Under the pieces are notes generated by a model. It had not been told where the DNA came from. It searched no databases and saw only the letters and a list, made by a program, of their open reading frames with translations. From Clostridia bacterium (GTDB taxonomy: Bacteria > Bacillota > Clostridia > TANB77 > CAG-465), in NCBI GenBank assembly GCA_045611765.1, contig JAZKXT010000012.1, positions 119,440 through 183,439 of the forward strand: a stretch of 64,000 nucleotides of DNA, given 5' to 3'. Positions 1-10,272 of this stretch are shown here, one piece after another. The stretch's first letter is position 1, and every line of letters starts with the position of its first letter. Both the position numbers and the translations under genes were made by a program.

Positions 1-1
1 T

Positions 2-613
2 GACCTAATCCAACTTTTAGGTAAACTTAGATATAGAACAAGTTATGGACAAAATGTTCTTAACCATTCGATAGAAGTTGCACACATTGCAGGACTTCTT
101 GCATCAGAATTAGGACTTGATGTAACACTTGCTAAACGTGCAGGTCTTCTTCATGATATTGGTAAATCTGTTGATCACGAAGCAGAAGGAACACACGTAG
201 AACTTGGTGTTGAAATCTTAAAGAGATACAAAGAATCAGATAAGGTTATAAATGCTGTAGCAGCTCACCATGGTGATTGTGAACCTACAACAATGGAAGC
301 AGTACTTATACAAGCAGCTGATGCTGTATCGGCATCAAGACCAGGAGCAAGACGTGAAACAGTAGATGCATACATAAAGAGACTTCAAAAACTTGAAGAA
401 ATTTGTGATGGATATAAAGGTGTAGATAAATCTTATGCTATCCAAGCTGGTAGAGAAATAAGAATTATTGTAAAACCTGAACAAATAAATGATTCTGAAG
501 CTGTTATAATGGCTAGAAATATAGCTAAACAAATTGAAGATGAAATGAGTTATCCAGGACAAATTAAAGTAAATGTTATTCGTGAAACAAGAGCTGTAGA
601 GCTTGCAAAATAA
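2..613 (+). CDS. rny: Ribonuclease Y, C-terminal part (5' end lies outside the window)
   Basis: The frame is open from the window edge. Translation [61 protein letters not shown] matches the HD domain and C-terminus of RNase Y. A terminator follows. Confidence 0.9.
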   Translation, partial: DLIQLLGKLRYRTSYGQNVLNHSIEVAHIAGLLASELGLDVTLAKRAGLLHDIGKSVDHEAEGTHVELGVEILKRYKESDKVINAVAAHHGDCEPTTMEAVLIQAADAVSASRPGARRETVDAYIKRLQKLEEICDGYKGVDKSYAIQAGREIRIIVKPEQINDSEAVIMARNIAKQIEDEMSYPGQIKVNVIRETRAVELAK

Positions 614-628
614 AAATATTAATAGTTG

Positions 629-660
629 AAAGCAGCAACCATATTTTGGTTGCTGCTTTT
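629..660 (+). terminator. Rho-independent terminator after rny
   Basis: AAAGCAGCAACC / GGTTGCTGCTTT stem followed by a T-run. Confidence 0.75.
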
Positions 661-708
661 ATGCTATATAATGTTAGTGAATTAAAATAAAGTTATAAGA
701 AGTAATTA

Positions 709-1038
709 TTAAAGCCATCTAACAATATCTTTGCTTAAAATCCCCTCTCTATGGACATTTCCGCAATAAGGACATTTGCTATAAATTGCCCTTACCTTAA
801 CTTCAATTGCTTCGGAATGATAAGAATCATTTTCCAAGGATGTATTTTCGTAATAAGCAAAATGTTCAGTTTGGATGTATTTGTTACATCCAGAACAATA
901 CTTTTTACCAAATGTCAGTGTTTCGCCATATTCACGAAGCCAATCAGGTAATACTTCTCTAACAAAACTTACTTTTTCTTCTAAGGTATCATTTTCAAGA
1001 TTTTTGTCAAGGAATTCAAATAACAGTTGTTTGTTCAT
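709..1038 (-). CDS. Hypothetical small protein with two CxxC pairs (zinc-ribbon-like)
   Basis: 109-aa ORF with CSGC at about residue 48 and CPYC at about residue 89. AGGAGG lies upstream on the minus strand. No family recognised. Confidence 0.55.
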   Translation of the reverse strand: MNKQLLFEFLDKNLENDTLEEKVSFVREVLPDWLREYGETLTFGKKYCSGCNKYIQTEHFAYYENTSLENDSYHSEAIEVKVRAIYSKCPYCGNVHREGILSKDIVRWL

Positions 1039-1340
1039 AATGTGCCTCCTTAAAAATGTTATTACTTACCAAATCTGATACGTACATATTCTTTCTCTAT
1101 TGATATGATTATATCACATGAACTTAAGGAGGGCAAACGTATTTTGTTAAATAAAAATAAAAATTATACAACACATAATACTTTTGTCACTTTTTGCGAT
1201 GAATTATTTGCTAGAGATGGTAATGCTTTAGGATTTTAAACAAAAAATTCTTTAAAACTATTTGTAAATATACCTTTTAGCAATATATAATAATTGAATA
1301 CTAAATAAAAACGCACACATAATATTTTAGGGTGTTTTAA

Positions 1341-1805
1341 ATGAGAATTAGATTATTAAAAAGAAATGAAATAAACACAGTGGCAAAGCTATTTGTGGAA
1401 AGCTATAAGAAAGATGAAAAGGTAAGACGCTGGGATGAAGCTTATGCGGAAAAATTCATATTAATGCAATATAGAATATGTAGAGATTTATGCTTTGTAG
1501 CAATAGATAATGATAAAATAGTTGGAGTTGCACTTGCGATAGTTTTACCGGAATTTAATAAAGAGATAATAGATTTTAAAGTGCTTTTGGTACATCCGGA
1601 TTACAGGAGAAAAAAGATAGGTTCTAAACTTATGAGAAAAGTATGTGTAAAAGCTGAAAACAAATACAACATTCGTGAAATTGAATCCAGCATTTATACA
1701 TTAACAAATTTTCCGATAACTTGGTATGAAAGTATTGGTTTTAGAACAAGAAAAAATTATGAAGTGACAAGAGGAAGTATAGAGAACATATTAAAAGTAG
1801 TATAA
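1341..1805 (+). CDS. GNAT-family N-acetyltransferase
   Basis: 154 aa. Contains an acetyl-CoA-binding motif A-like stretch, LLVHPDYRRKKIGSKLM, preceded by VGVALAIV. Confidence 0.7.
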   Translation: MRIRLLKRNEINTVAKLFVESYKKDEKVRRWDEAYAEKFILMQYRICRDLCFVAIDNDKIVGVALAIVLPEFNKEIIDFKVLLVHPDYRRKKIGSKLMRKVCVKAENKYNIREIESSIYTLTNFPITWYESIGFRTRKNYEVTRGSIENILKVV

Positions 1806-3002
1806 TTATTTCCCTTTTATAAGAGATCCTCTAGTAATTAATCCATTATCATTAAATTTATCTAATAGAGAGTCTACTGTTTTGTCTACTTTGCAAGACT
1901 TTTCATTTGCAGTATCAAATAAATTTAATTGAGCTGAACTATGTGATTCTAAACAAGACAGATTTACTCCGATTAGCCTAAGAGGTTCTTTTTTATACAT
2001 ATCATTAAATATTCTCTTACATATTTTAAATACTTCTGTTGTTGAGTCTGTTGAACTATCTAGTGTTACAGAACTAGAATAGACATCAAAATTATTAGTT
2101 TTTAGAGTTACAGAAACATTTTTAGTTTTCATTTTCTCATGTCTTAGTCTTATACAAGTATCATTTACAATATCTAAAATGAAATTATATATTTCATCTA
2201 TATCTGTTAAATCATAAGAAGATGTTTTACTATGGCTTACAGATTTAGGAACGTCTTTCTTTTCGTGTTTTTCATCAATATCCATTCCCCAAGCAAAATT
2301 ATATAATTCTTCGCCGTGGGATTTTAAGTGAGATTTTAAAATTTCTATATTCGTATGAGCAAGTTTTCCAACGGTATTAATTCCAATTTCTCTTAGTTTC
2401 TTAGCAGATTTAGGTCCAAGTAAAAACATATCTTCAATTTTAAGTGGCCAAAGTTTTTCTTTGATTTCACTCTTAAATAACGTATGTATTTTATTTGGCT
2501 TTTCGAAGTCACTAGCTATTTTTGCGAGATATTTTGTGTCTGAAATTCCAATATTTACAGTAAATCCTAATTCATTAAATATTTTGTTTTGTATCTCACA
2601 CGCTACCTCCATATAACTTCCTAGTATAGGCACGTATTCAATAAAATATTCATCTACAGAATAAGGTTCTACAACATCAGAATAGTTTTCTAAAAGTTTT
2701 TTCATCTTTTTACTTTGCAAGTTATAAAATTCATGATGAGGTGGATATAACACAAGATTAGGACATTTATTTTTAGCTTGGAATATTGCTTCTCCAGTTT
2801 TTACTCCCATTGCTTTAGCTTTTGGAGATTTTGCAAGAATAACTCCAGTACGGTTTTTAGGGTCTCCAGCTACAGCGGATTCAATATTTCTAATATCTAT
2901 TTTTTCTCCATTTTGCATTAGGTAAATTGCTTCCCAAGAAAGAAATGCGTTGTTTACATCTATATGAAAATATATTCTAGACAATTTAATCACCAATAAC
3001 AT
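1806..3002 (-). CDS. Y-family (DinB/UmuC-like) translesion DNA polymerase; exact start codon uncertain
   Basis: N-terminus IYFHIDVNNAFLSWE matches the catalytic Asp motif of the ImpB/UmuC/DinB family, followed by palm, finger and little-finger-length sequence. The annotated ATG overlaps the predicted -10 box (see findings). Confidence 0.85.
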   Translation of the reverse strand: MLLVIKLSRIYFHIDVNNAFLSWEAIYLMQNGEKIDIRNIESAVAGDPKNRTGVILAKSPKAKAMGVKTGEAIFQAKNKCPNLVLYPPHHEFYNLQSKKMKKLLENYSDVVEPYSVDEYFIEYVPILGSYMEVACEIQNKIFNELGFTVNIGISDTKYLAKIASDFEKPNKIHTLFKSEIKEKLWPLKIEDMFLLGPKSAKKLREIGINTVGKLAHTNIEILKSHLKSHGEELYNFAWGMDIDEKHEKKDVPKSVSHSKTSSYDLTDIDEIYNFILDIVNDTCIRLRHEKMKTKNVSVTLKTNNFDVYSSSVTLDSSTDSTTEVFKICKRIFNDMYKKEPLRLIGVNLSCLESHSSAQLNLFDTANEKSCKVDKTVDSLLDKFNDNGLITRGSLIKGK

Positions 3003-3029
3003 TATACAAACAAAAGTTCGTTAAGTCAA
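3001..3029 (-). promoter_or_regulatory. Sigma-A-type promoter of the Y-family polymerase gene (TTGACT-17-TATAAT)
   Basis: The minus strand reads TTGACTtaacgaacttttgtttgTATAAT. The hexamers are near-consensus and the spacer is exactly 17 nt. Confidence 0.6.
3008..3019 (-). promoter_or_regulatory. Putative LexA (SOS/Cheo) box GAAC-N4-GTTT inside the promoter spacer
   Basis: The minus strand reads CGAACTTTTGTTTG, which fits the Firmicute LexA core GAAC-N4-GTTY. It sits between the -35 and -10 of a translesion polymerase gene. Confidence 0.55.
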
Positions 3030-3050
3030 TGGAAATAAAAGGAGAATTAC

Positions 3051-3311
3051 ATGAAAATATATTTAGTAGAAAGTACAAAAAACATAGAACTATATAATTA
3101 CTTAAAACAAAAATACATTATAGTAAATAAACGAAGATTAAATGAGGCGAGTGTTGTTATAGTGAATAAAGTACATAATGTAAAACAAGCTTTAGATATA
3201 GTGGACTTTGCATTAAGTCAAGGGAAAGAAGTTATATGTATAAAGAATAGCTTTGCCAAGGAACATTATGTGTGTAATTATTTGATACAAAATGGTGCAA
3301 GTTATGTGTGA
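3051..3311 (+). CDS. Hypothetical protein (86 aa)
   Basis: ORF with AAGGAG 7 nt upstream of the ATG. It is divergent from the polymerase gene. No family recognised. Confidence 0.5.
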   Translation: MKIYLVESTKNIELYNYLKQKYIIVNKRRLNEASVVIVNKVHNVKQALDIVDFALSQGKEVICIKNSFAKEHYVCNYLIQNGASYV

Positions 3312-3460
3312 AGGGAAGATGTAAGTAGTTAAATTAAAATTAGTCAGACAGTGCCTGACTAATTAAGAAAAGAAAATAATAAATGTTAATATAAAGAAAA
3401 AATTGATCTAAATTAGAAAATTTTAAATTGTGTCACTAGTGGTGACATAATTTATCTTTG

Positions 3461-4942
3461 TTATAATATTATACAAATTAATCCTCCACTACCTTCGTTA
3501 ATTAATCTTTCTAATGTTTCTTGGATTTTCATTTGAGCTTCATCCGGCATTTTGTATAGTTTGTTGTGCAAGCCTTCATTTACAAGTTCATGCAATGACT
3601 TACCAAATATGTTAGAACTCCATATTGCTTTTGGGTCATTTTCAAATTCTGCTAACAGATATTTTACTAAATCTTCAGATTGTTTTTCACTACCCACTAT
3701 AGGAGACACTTCTGTTTCTATATCTGCTCTAATCATATGGATAGATGGAGCCGAAGCCTTAAGTTTAACGCCATATTTAGTTCCTTGTTTTACAATTTCA
3801 GGTTCTTCTAAACTTAGTTCATCTATTCCTGGAGTAACAATTCCATATCCTTTAATTCTTACTTGCTCTAATGCATCTTTAATTTTATCGTATTCTTTCT
3901 TTATACTAGAATAATCATCTATTGCTTTGAAAATATCGCATTCAGTTGTTATAGTTGTATTTGTTTTTTCACTTAACACTTTAAAGAATACATTATCTTT
4001 TATCTCCATATTAAGCTTAATAGTTCCATCAGACATTTGAGCGTCGTCTACAGTAATATTTTTAAATATATTTGAATTTGTAGTAATTTCTTGTATAATT
4101 TCATTTATTTGCCTAATAGAATAGTCACCACTGAACTTTTCTTTAATAATCGTTACAACTTCCTGCTTTAATGGATATTTAGTATCTATCATATTAAACC
4201 AAAGTGGTAGTTTAAAGCTTATTTCTGTTACTGGGAATTCTTCTAACACTCTTGAAAACACCTCTGTAATATCTTTTTCTCTTAGCTCTAAAATATTTGC
4301 ACTAATAACTGGAACGTCATATTTTTCTTCTAGAGAACATCTTAAATCTTGTGTACTCTCGCTATTTGGATTTTTAGAATTAAGCAAAATAGCAAAAGGC
4401 TTCTTGTACTCTTTAAGTTCAGAGACAACACGTTCTTCAGCTTTAACATAGCTTTCTCTTGGAATATCTGTTATGCTTCCATCGGTGGTAATTACTAACC
4501 CTATAGTAGAGTGGTCTGAAATTACTTTATGTGTTCCTGTTTCAGCAGCTTCAATAAATGGTAGTTCGTTATCTGACCAAGGAGTTCTTACCATACGAGG
4601 AGTATCTCCTTCCATATGGCCTATTGCATCGTCTACCAAATAACCAACACAGTCTACCAATCTTGTTTTCATTTTTACATTACCATCTAATGTAATTTCA
4701 ACAGATTCGTTTGGAACAAATTTTGGTTCTGTAGTCATAATTGTTTTACCTGCAGCGCTTTGTGGCAGCTCATCAACGGCTCTTTCTTTTCTATGCTTAT
4801 CTCCAATTGCTGGAATTACTAACCTTTCCATAAAATTTTGTATAAATGTAGATTTGCCTGTTCTTACAGGACCAACAACACCAATATATATATCACCGCC
4901 AGTCCTTACAGCTATATCCTTGTAAATGTCTACGCTTTTCAT
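3461..4942 (-). CDS. spoIVA: Stage IV sporulation protein A (spore coat morphogenetic ATPase)
   Basis: 493 aa. N-terminus IYKDIAVRTGGDIYIGVVGPVRTGKSTFI carries the SpoIVA Walker A motif. Length and overall similarity are typical of SpoIVA. Confidence 0.93.
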   Translation of the reverse strand: MKSVDIYKDIAVRTGGDIYIGVVGPVRTGKSTFIQNFMERLVIPAIGDKHRKERAVDELPQSAAGKTIMTTEPKFVPNESVEITLDGNVKMKTRLVDCVGYLVDDAIGHMEGDTPRMVRTPWSDNELPFIEAAETGTHKVISDHSTIGLVITTDGSITDIPRESYVKAEERVVSELKEYKKPFAILLNSKNPNSESTQDLRCSLEEKYDVPVISANILELREKDITEVFSRVLEEFPVTEISFKLPLWFNMIDTKYPLKQEVVTIIKEKFSGDYSIRQINEIIQEITTNSNIFKNITVDDAQMSDGTIKLNMEIKDNVFFKVLSEKTNTTITTECDIFKAIDDYSSIKKEYDKIKDALEQVRIKGYGIVTPGIDELSLEEPEIVKQGTKYGVKLKASAPSIHMIRADIETEVSPIVGSEKQSEDLVKYLLAEFENDPKAIWSSNIFGKSLHELVNEGLHNKLYKMPDEAQMKIQETLERLINEGSGGLICIIL

Positions 4943-5090
4943 ATCTTACCTCCAATAATTCTTAATACAAATATACGAGCATACCTCAAAATTATTACAA
5001 ATATTTATGTGAAAAAATTAAAAGTCTTGTTTTTACTTTCTTTTTTAAAAGAATTATAGTAAAATGTATGTGAAAAGGAATGAATTTAAT

Positions 5091-6779
5091 ATGAATAAGA
5101 TTTGGAAGATAAAAAAAATAGAGGAACACAGTGTAAAAGAGTACGTAGATAAATTTAATATAACAGAATTTACAGCAAAGATGTTACTTGCCAAAGAAAT
5201 AGATGAGGATAAAATTCTAAGTTATTTAAATCCAGATATTGGCAATCTATATGACCCATATTTACTTCAAGATATGGATAAATTGGTAGATAGAATAATT
5301 GAAGCAAAAGAAAAAAATGAAAAAGTTGCTATATATGGAGACTACGATGTAGATGGAATTACAAGCATAACATTAATGTATTCTTTTTTAAAAGATTTAG
5401 GACTTGATGTAGAATATTATTTGCCGGATAGGCAAGAAGAAGGATATGGTTTAAATAAAGGAGCGATATTAGCTTTAAAAGAAAAGGGAATTTCTTTAAT
5501 TATAACAGTAGATTGTGGAATATCTGCGGTGGAGGAAGTGGAATATGCAAATGGTCTGGGGTTAGATGTGTGCATAACTGACCACCACGAGTGCTCAGAA
5601 GTATTACCTAACGCATATAGCATAGTAAATCCTAAAAGACCAGATTCAAAATATCCATTTAATTCTTTAGCTGGAGTTGGAGTAAGCTTTAAAGTATTGG
5701 ATGCGATAACAAAGAAATTAAATATGCCACAAGAAGCATATTTAAAATATTTAGATATAGTAGCTGTAGGAACAATAGCGGATATTGTACCCCTAGTTGA
5801 TGAAAATAGAATAATTACTTCAAACGGACTTGAAATGTTACAAAATACTAAAAATGAAGGACTAAAAGCATTAATGAAAGTTGCCAAAATAACAACTGTT
5901 GATTCAGATAATGTTTCATTTGGTTTGGCACCTAGAATAAATGCTAGTGGAAGAATGGCGGATGCTACAGTTGCGGTGAAAATGTTACTTTCTACAAATC
6001 CTGTGGAAGCATATAACTATGCTAAAGTGTTGGATGAGCAAAATATATTAAGACAAGAAGTGGAAAAAAATATATATGAACAGGCGGTAGAAAGAATAGA
6101 AGCTGAAGGGTTAGACAAGAGAAAAAGTATTGTAATAGAAGGCAAGAATTGGCATCAAGGTGTAATTGGAATCGTTGCATCAAAACTTACAGAAAAATAC
6201 TTAAAACCAGTAATCCTTTTAACATATGAAGATGACAAAGCAAAGGGGAGTGGAAGAATACCGCAAGGTATATCTTTGTACGATGCTTTAACTGAATGTA
6301 AAGAGTATTTAACGGCTTTTGGTGGCCACGAACTTGCAGCTGGACTAACACTTGAAACAAAAAATATTTCGGAATTCAAAGAAAAATTTGAAGAAACTAT
6401 TACTAAAATGAAGCCTGACGATTTTGTGCGTAATATTGAAATAGATTTTGAAGTAACTAAAAGGGATATGACATTTGATAGCGTAGCTGAAATAGAACGT
6501 CTAGCACCATTTGGTCAAAAGAATAAAAGACCGGTATTTGTGTATAAAAATCTAAAGGTTGTAAGTGTATCTACTTTAAAAGAAAATAAACACTTAAAGC
6601 TTAGACTACAAGATGATAATTTCACTGTTGACGCAATATTCTTCAAGGCTGGGGATAGACGTGATGAGGTAAGGCTGTCAGATAAAATAGATGTGGTATT
6701 AACCATGAATGTTAATGAATTTATGGGATACAGAAACATACAATTTTTATTAGTAGACTTTAAGAAAAGTATAAATTAA
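5091..6779 (+). CDS. recJ: Single-stranded-DNA-specific exonuclease RecJ
   Basis: DHH motifs are present (IYGDYDVDGITS, ITVDCG, ITDHH), together with a DHHA1-like GGHELAAG. I prefer the ATG at 5091, which has AAAGGA upstream, over the ORF-track start at 5064. Confidence 0.9.
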   Translation: MNKIWKIKKIEEHSVKEYVDKFNITEFTAKMLLAKEIDEDKILSYLNPDIGNLYDPYLLQDMDKLVDRIIEAKEKNEKVAIYGDYDVDGITSITLMYSFLKDLGLDVEYYLPDRQEEGYGLNKGAILALKEKGISLIITVDCGISAVEEVEYANGLGLDVCITDHHECSEVLPNAYSIVNPKRPDSKYPFNSLAGVGVSFKVLDAITKKLNMPQEAYLKYLDIVAVGTIADIVPLVDENRIITSNGLEMLQNTKNEGLKALMKVAKITTVDSDNVSFGLAPRINASGRMADATVAVKMLLSTNPVEAYNYAKVLDEQNILRQEVEKNIYEQAVERIEAEGLDKRKSIVIEGKNWHQGVIGIVASKLTEKYLKPVILLTYEDDKAKGSGRIPQGISLYDALTECKEYLTAFGGHELAAGLTLETKNISEFKEKFEETITKMKPDDFVRNIEIDFEVTKRDMTFDSVAEIERLAPFGQKNKRPVFVYKNLKVVSVSTLKENKHLKLRLQDDNFTVDAIFFKAGDRRDEVRLSDKIDVVLTMNVNEFMGYRNIQFLLVDFKKSIN

Positions 6780-6790
6780 GGAGTGGTTTA

Positions 6791-8965
6791 ATGGAAACTA
6801 CAATTGAAAATGAAAAGATTTGTGAAGAACTAATAGACAAACTACGTGAAAACAAATTAAAGTATGATGCAAAAAAATTAAGATTTGCATTTGAGTATGC
6901 GTTAAAAATTTATGGAGATACCAAAAGGTATAAAGGGGAAACAACATTTGCTCACGCTGTACATGTAGCCGAAATTGTTGCAACTTTAAAAATTGGAGTA
7001 GAAGCTGTATATGCTGCAATACTTCACGAAGTAACTAAGTTTAAGGAATACAAATATGAAGATATAGAAAAAAATATGGGTGAGGAAGTTGCGACACTTG
7101 TTAAAGATGCAAGTAAGTTGTATCTATTAAACTATGATGGACAACAAGAAATAGAAGCGGAAAACTTAAGAAAAATGTTTATGGCTATTGCCAAAGACAT
7201 AAGAGTTGTAGTTATGAAACTTGCAGATAGACTATATAACATGAGAAATATATATGAAGAAAGTGAAGAATTTCAAATACTTAAAGCAAACGAAACAATG
7301 CAAGTGTACGCACCTATTGCTCATAGGCTTGGTATGAATCCAATAAAATCCGAACTAGAAGACATATCTTTTTCTATTTTAAATCCGACAGAACATGAAA
7401 GAATTAGAAAAATAGTAGATAAGACTAAAGATGAAAGACAAGAGTACATAAATCAAAGGATAGAAGAGATTAAAAAGCTTCTAGAAAAACAAAGAATAAA
7501 AGCCACAATATATGGTCGTTCGAAAGCGTTTTATAGCATATATAAAAAGACAAAGATGAATAATTGTGGAGTTGAAGATTTATTTGATCTTTACGCTATA
7601 AGAGTAATTGTAAACAGTATTAAAGACTGTTATTCTGTGCTTGGAATTATACATGAAAATTACAAACCTATGCCAGGAAGGGTAAAAGACTATATTGCTG
7701 TACCAAAAACAAACATGTATCAATCACTACATACTACATTGTTTGGCGGAGAAGGAGCGGCTCCTTTTGAAGTTCAAATTAGAACTTGGGATATGCACAA
7801 TGTCGCAGATTATGGTGTTGCGGCACACTTCTTGTATAAAGAAGGAAAAAGTAAAATGTCTGCAAGTGATGAGATACTTACTTGGCTTAGAAAGACAATG
7901 GAGTTTGAACAAGAATTGGGTGAGAATGGTAATTTTTCTGACCTCAAAGTAGAACTTTTTGGTGATGAAGTTTTTGTATTTACTCCAAAAGGTGAAATCA
8001 AGTCATTGCCTAAAGGTGCAACGCCCATAGACTTCGCATACCAAATACATCAACATATTGGAAATAGTATGGTTGGTGCAAAAATAAATGGTAAGATGGT
8101 ACCAATTACAACTAAACTTAAAAATACAGATATAGTTGAAATTATAACATCTAAAAATTCTCCTGGGCCAAAGAGAGATTGGCTAAATCATGTAAAAACA
8201 AATAGCGCAAAAAATAGAATCGTGAATTTCTTGAAGAAGCAGAGCAAAGAAGAGAATGTAGCTAAAGGAAAAGAAATACTTGAGAAAGAAATAATAAAAA
8301 AGGGATTGGAAGTAGACGAACTATTAAAAGATGAGTATATAGATATAGTAATTGAAAAAATGAAATATAACAACCAAGATGAATGTTATGAAAACATTGG
8401 ATTTGGTATCCTTTCTCCGAAAAAAGTATTAAATAAGCTAGTTGAAGAATATAACGAAAAAAATGGCACAAGTCAAGAAGAAAATGTGGAAATTGTTGAA
8501 ACTAAAAAGCCTAATAAAGGAAGTATAGACGGTGTCGAGGTGCAAGGAATAGATAACTGTCTTGTTAAATTTGCTAAATGTTGTAATCCGCTTCCGGGTG
8601 ATGAAATAGTAGGTTATATAACATTTGGTAAAGGTGTATCTGTGCATAGAGCGGACTGTCCTAACCTTGTAGGAATTAATGTAAGTGAGAGAAAAATTGG
8701 GGTTAAGTGGAAAGAAAAAGTAAATATTTCTTACCAAGCGTCTGTTATAATTAAGGCGAATGATAGAACGGGAATATCTATGGAAGTATTAAAACTTCTT
8801 CAAGACATGAAAGTTAAGCTTCATGGGTTTACAGCAAAAGACACTGAAGATAGAATGTGTATTATAGATGTAAAGCTAGAAATTAATTCTGTTGATGAGC
8901 TTCAAAAAATAATGAAGGCTTTAAGAAAAATAGATAGTGTATATGAAGTGAAGAGGGCAAAATAA
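6791..8965 (+). CDS. relA: Bifunctional (p)ppGpp synthetase/hydrolase RelA/SpoT (Rel)
   Basis: 724 aa. Contains the HD hydrolase region (HAVHVAEI..LHE), the synthetase region (YRSLHTT-like YQSLHTTLFG, FEVQIRTWDMH), a TGS domain (VFVFTPKGE) and a C-terminal ACT-like region. Confidence 0.93.
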   Translation: METTIENEKICEELIDKLRENKLKYDAKKLRFAFEYALKIYGDTKRYKGETTFAHAVHVAEIVATLKIGVEAVYAAILHEVTKFKEYKYEDIEKNMGEEVATLVKDASKLYLLNYDGQQEIEAENLRKMFMAIAKDIRVVVMKLADRLYNMRNIYEESEEFQILKANETMQVYAPIAHRLGMNPIKSELEDISFSILNPTEHERIRKIVDKTKDERQEYINQRIEEIKKLLEKQRIKATIYGRSKAFYSIYKKTKMNNCGVEDLFDLYAIRVIVNSIKDCYSVLGIIHENYKPMPGRVKDYIAVPKTNMYQSLHTTLFGGEGAAPFEVQIRTWDMHNVADYGVAAHFLYKEGKSKMSASDEILTWLRKTMEFEQELGENGNFSDLKVELFGDEVFVFTPKGEIKSLPKGATPIDFAYQIHQHIGNSMVGAKINGKMVPITTKLKNTDIVEIITSKNSPGPKRDWLNHVKTNSAKNRIVNFLKKQSKEENVAKGKEILEKEIIKKGLEVDELLKDEYIDIVIEKMKYNNQDECYENIGFGILSPKKVLNKLVEEYNEKNGTSQEENVEIVETKKPNKGSIDGVEVQGIDNCLVKFAKCCNPLPGDEIVGYITFGKGVSVHRADCPNLVGINVSERKIGVKWKEKVNISYQASVIIKANDRTGISMEVLKLLQDMKVKLHGFTAKDTEDRMCIIDVKLEINSVDELQKIMKALRKIDSVYEVKRAK

Positions 8966-9642
8966 TGAAAGTAATAGACAACGAACTTATTGAAGTACAT
9001 AAAATAGGATTAGAGATAGAAAATACAGGACATATAACAAATTGCTATATTATAAAAGAAAAGGAAACATCAAAAGTTTGTGTAATAGACCCGGCTTTTG
9101 ATAATAAAAAAATAGAACAAACAATAAAAGAAATAAATGGAACGCTAGACACAGTGATTGCAACTCACTGTCATGCTGACCATATAGCTGCACTTATTAA
9201 TCTTGTAGAAGATACAAATACTAAAGTATATATACATGAACAAGATTATGAAGGGCTATATAATAAAGAGCTTAATGCAGAAGAAATAGTTGGTACTAAA
9301 ATATTGCCTATAGAAAAAGAAAAAGTATTAAAATGTAATGAAAAAGACAAAATAACATTTGGAGGTACTGTACTAGAAGTTATACATACACCAGGGCATA
9401 CTAAAGGTTCTATAACGCTTTATGACGAAAAGAATAACATACTTTATTCTGGTGATACAATATTCGCAAATTCCTACGGTAGAACAGACCTTGTGAATGG
9501 GAGTCGTGAGGAAATGAAAGAAACTTTAGACAAATTGTTTGATAGATTTGAGGATATACAAGTGTTTTCTGGTCATGGTGAAGAATTTAATTTAAAAAAT
9601 GCTAAAAGAAGAATAAGATTATTATTTGCGTATAAGGGCTAA
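8965..9642 (+). CDS. MBL-fold metallo-hydrolase
   Basis: 225 aa with the metallo-beta-lactamase motif THCHADH and a downstream TPGHTKGS. The start overlaps the relA stop codon. Confidence 0.8.
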   Translation: MKVIDNELIEVHKIGLEIENTGHITNCYIIKEKETSKVCVIDPAFDNKKIEQTIKEINGTLDTVIATHCHADHIAALINLVEDTNTKVYIHEQDYEGLYNKELNAEEIVGTKILPIEKEKVLKCNEKDKITFGGTVLEVIHTPGHTKGSITLYDEKNNILYSGDTIFANSYGRTDLVNGSREEMKETLDKLFDRFEDIQVFSGHGEEFNLKNAKRRIRLLFAYKG

Positions 9643-9715
9643 AACTAAATCCATTATTGAAAAATGCAAATAAAATGATATAAAATATATAACACGAAAT
9701 CATATAAGAGGTAAA

Positions 9716-10212
9716 ATGATAAAAAGAATAATAATTATATGCATAATAATTGCGACAATTTTAACGAGTATTTACATATTTCAAACGTTAGGATATAAAC
9801 ACGCTAAAAACATAGTATTTAAAAAAGATGATGAATTATTGCGGTTATATATTTAGGTGGAATAGCGGGCGACTATGATTATACATTAGTTAACAAATAT
9901 TATTCGAAAGATGAACAAGAAAGTTTTAAAATGCTAGAATTAGGTGGCGAAGAGTGTTATCTAATAATACCAAGATATAATATTGATATTTTAGTAAACA
10001 GCCTTTCTATGTCGGAAGATGGAGGGACTAATAAAGAATACACAGGCATGTTCGATAGACCTTTCTTTGTAAAATGTAATATGTCGGATATATTTCCAAA
10101 TATGGAGATGAGTTTTAGTTATAAAAATAAGGAGTATGCATATACACCATATATTAGTCTTATGGACGGAAGTGTAGTAGTAGAAGAATTTGTTTGCTTA
10201 ATAGAAGAATAA
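9716..10212 (+). pseudogene. Membrane-anchored hypothetical protein interrupted by a 1-nt frameshift (9716-9856 in one frame, continuing 9835-10212 in the -1 frame)
   Basis: The ATG at 9716 encodes a signal-anchor, MIKRIIIICIIIATILTSIYIF...KKDDELL, and stops at 9854-9856. The adjacent frame is open from 9835 and reads VIYLGGIAGDYDYTLVNKYYSKDEQESFKMLELGG... through to the 9931-10212 ORF. Confidence 0.6.
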
Positions 10213-10243
10213 AAACTGCTTATACTATGTATAAGTGGTTTTG
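10211..10243 (+). terminator. Rho-independent terminator
   Basis: ACTGCTTATA / TATAAGTGGT stem (two G-U pairs) with a T-run immediately after. Confidence 0.6.
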
Positions 10244-10272
10244 TTGCATTTTATTAATATTTGTGATAAAAT
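10244..10272 (+). promoter_or_regulatory. Sigma-A-type promoter (TTGCAT-17-TAAAAT with TG extension)
   Basis: TTGCATtttattaatatttgTGaTAAAAT. The spacer is exactly 17 nt and there is an extended -10 TG. Confidence 0.5.

Noticed and set aside
1117-1240. A small ORF after AAGGAGGG in the 300-nt spacer between the zinc-ribbon gene and the GNAT gene (TTG start, about 32 codons).
   Set aside because: The distance from the Shine-Dalgarno sequence to the only in-frame start is too long (about 11-12 nt), and the start is a weak TTG. There is no other support. I also saw no ncRNA-like structure in this spacer.
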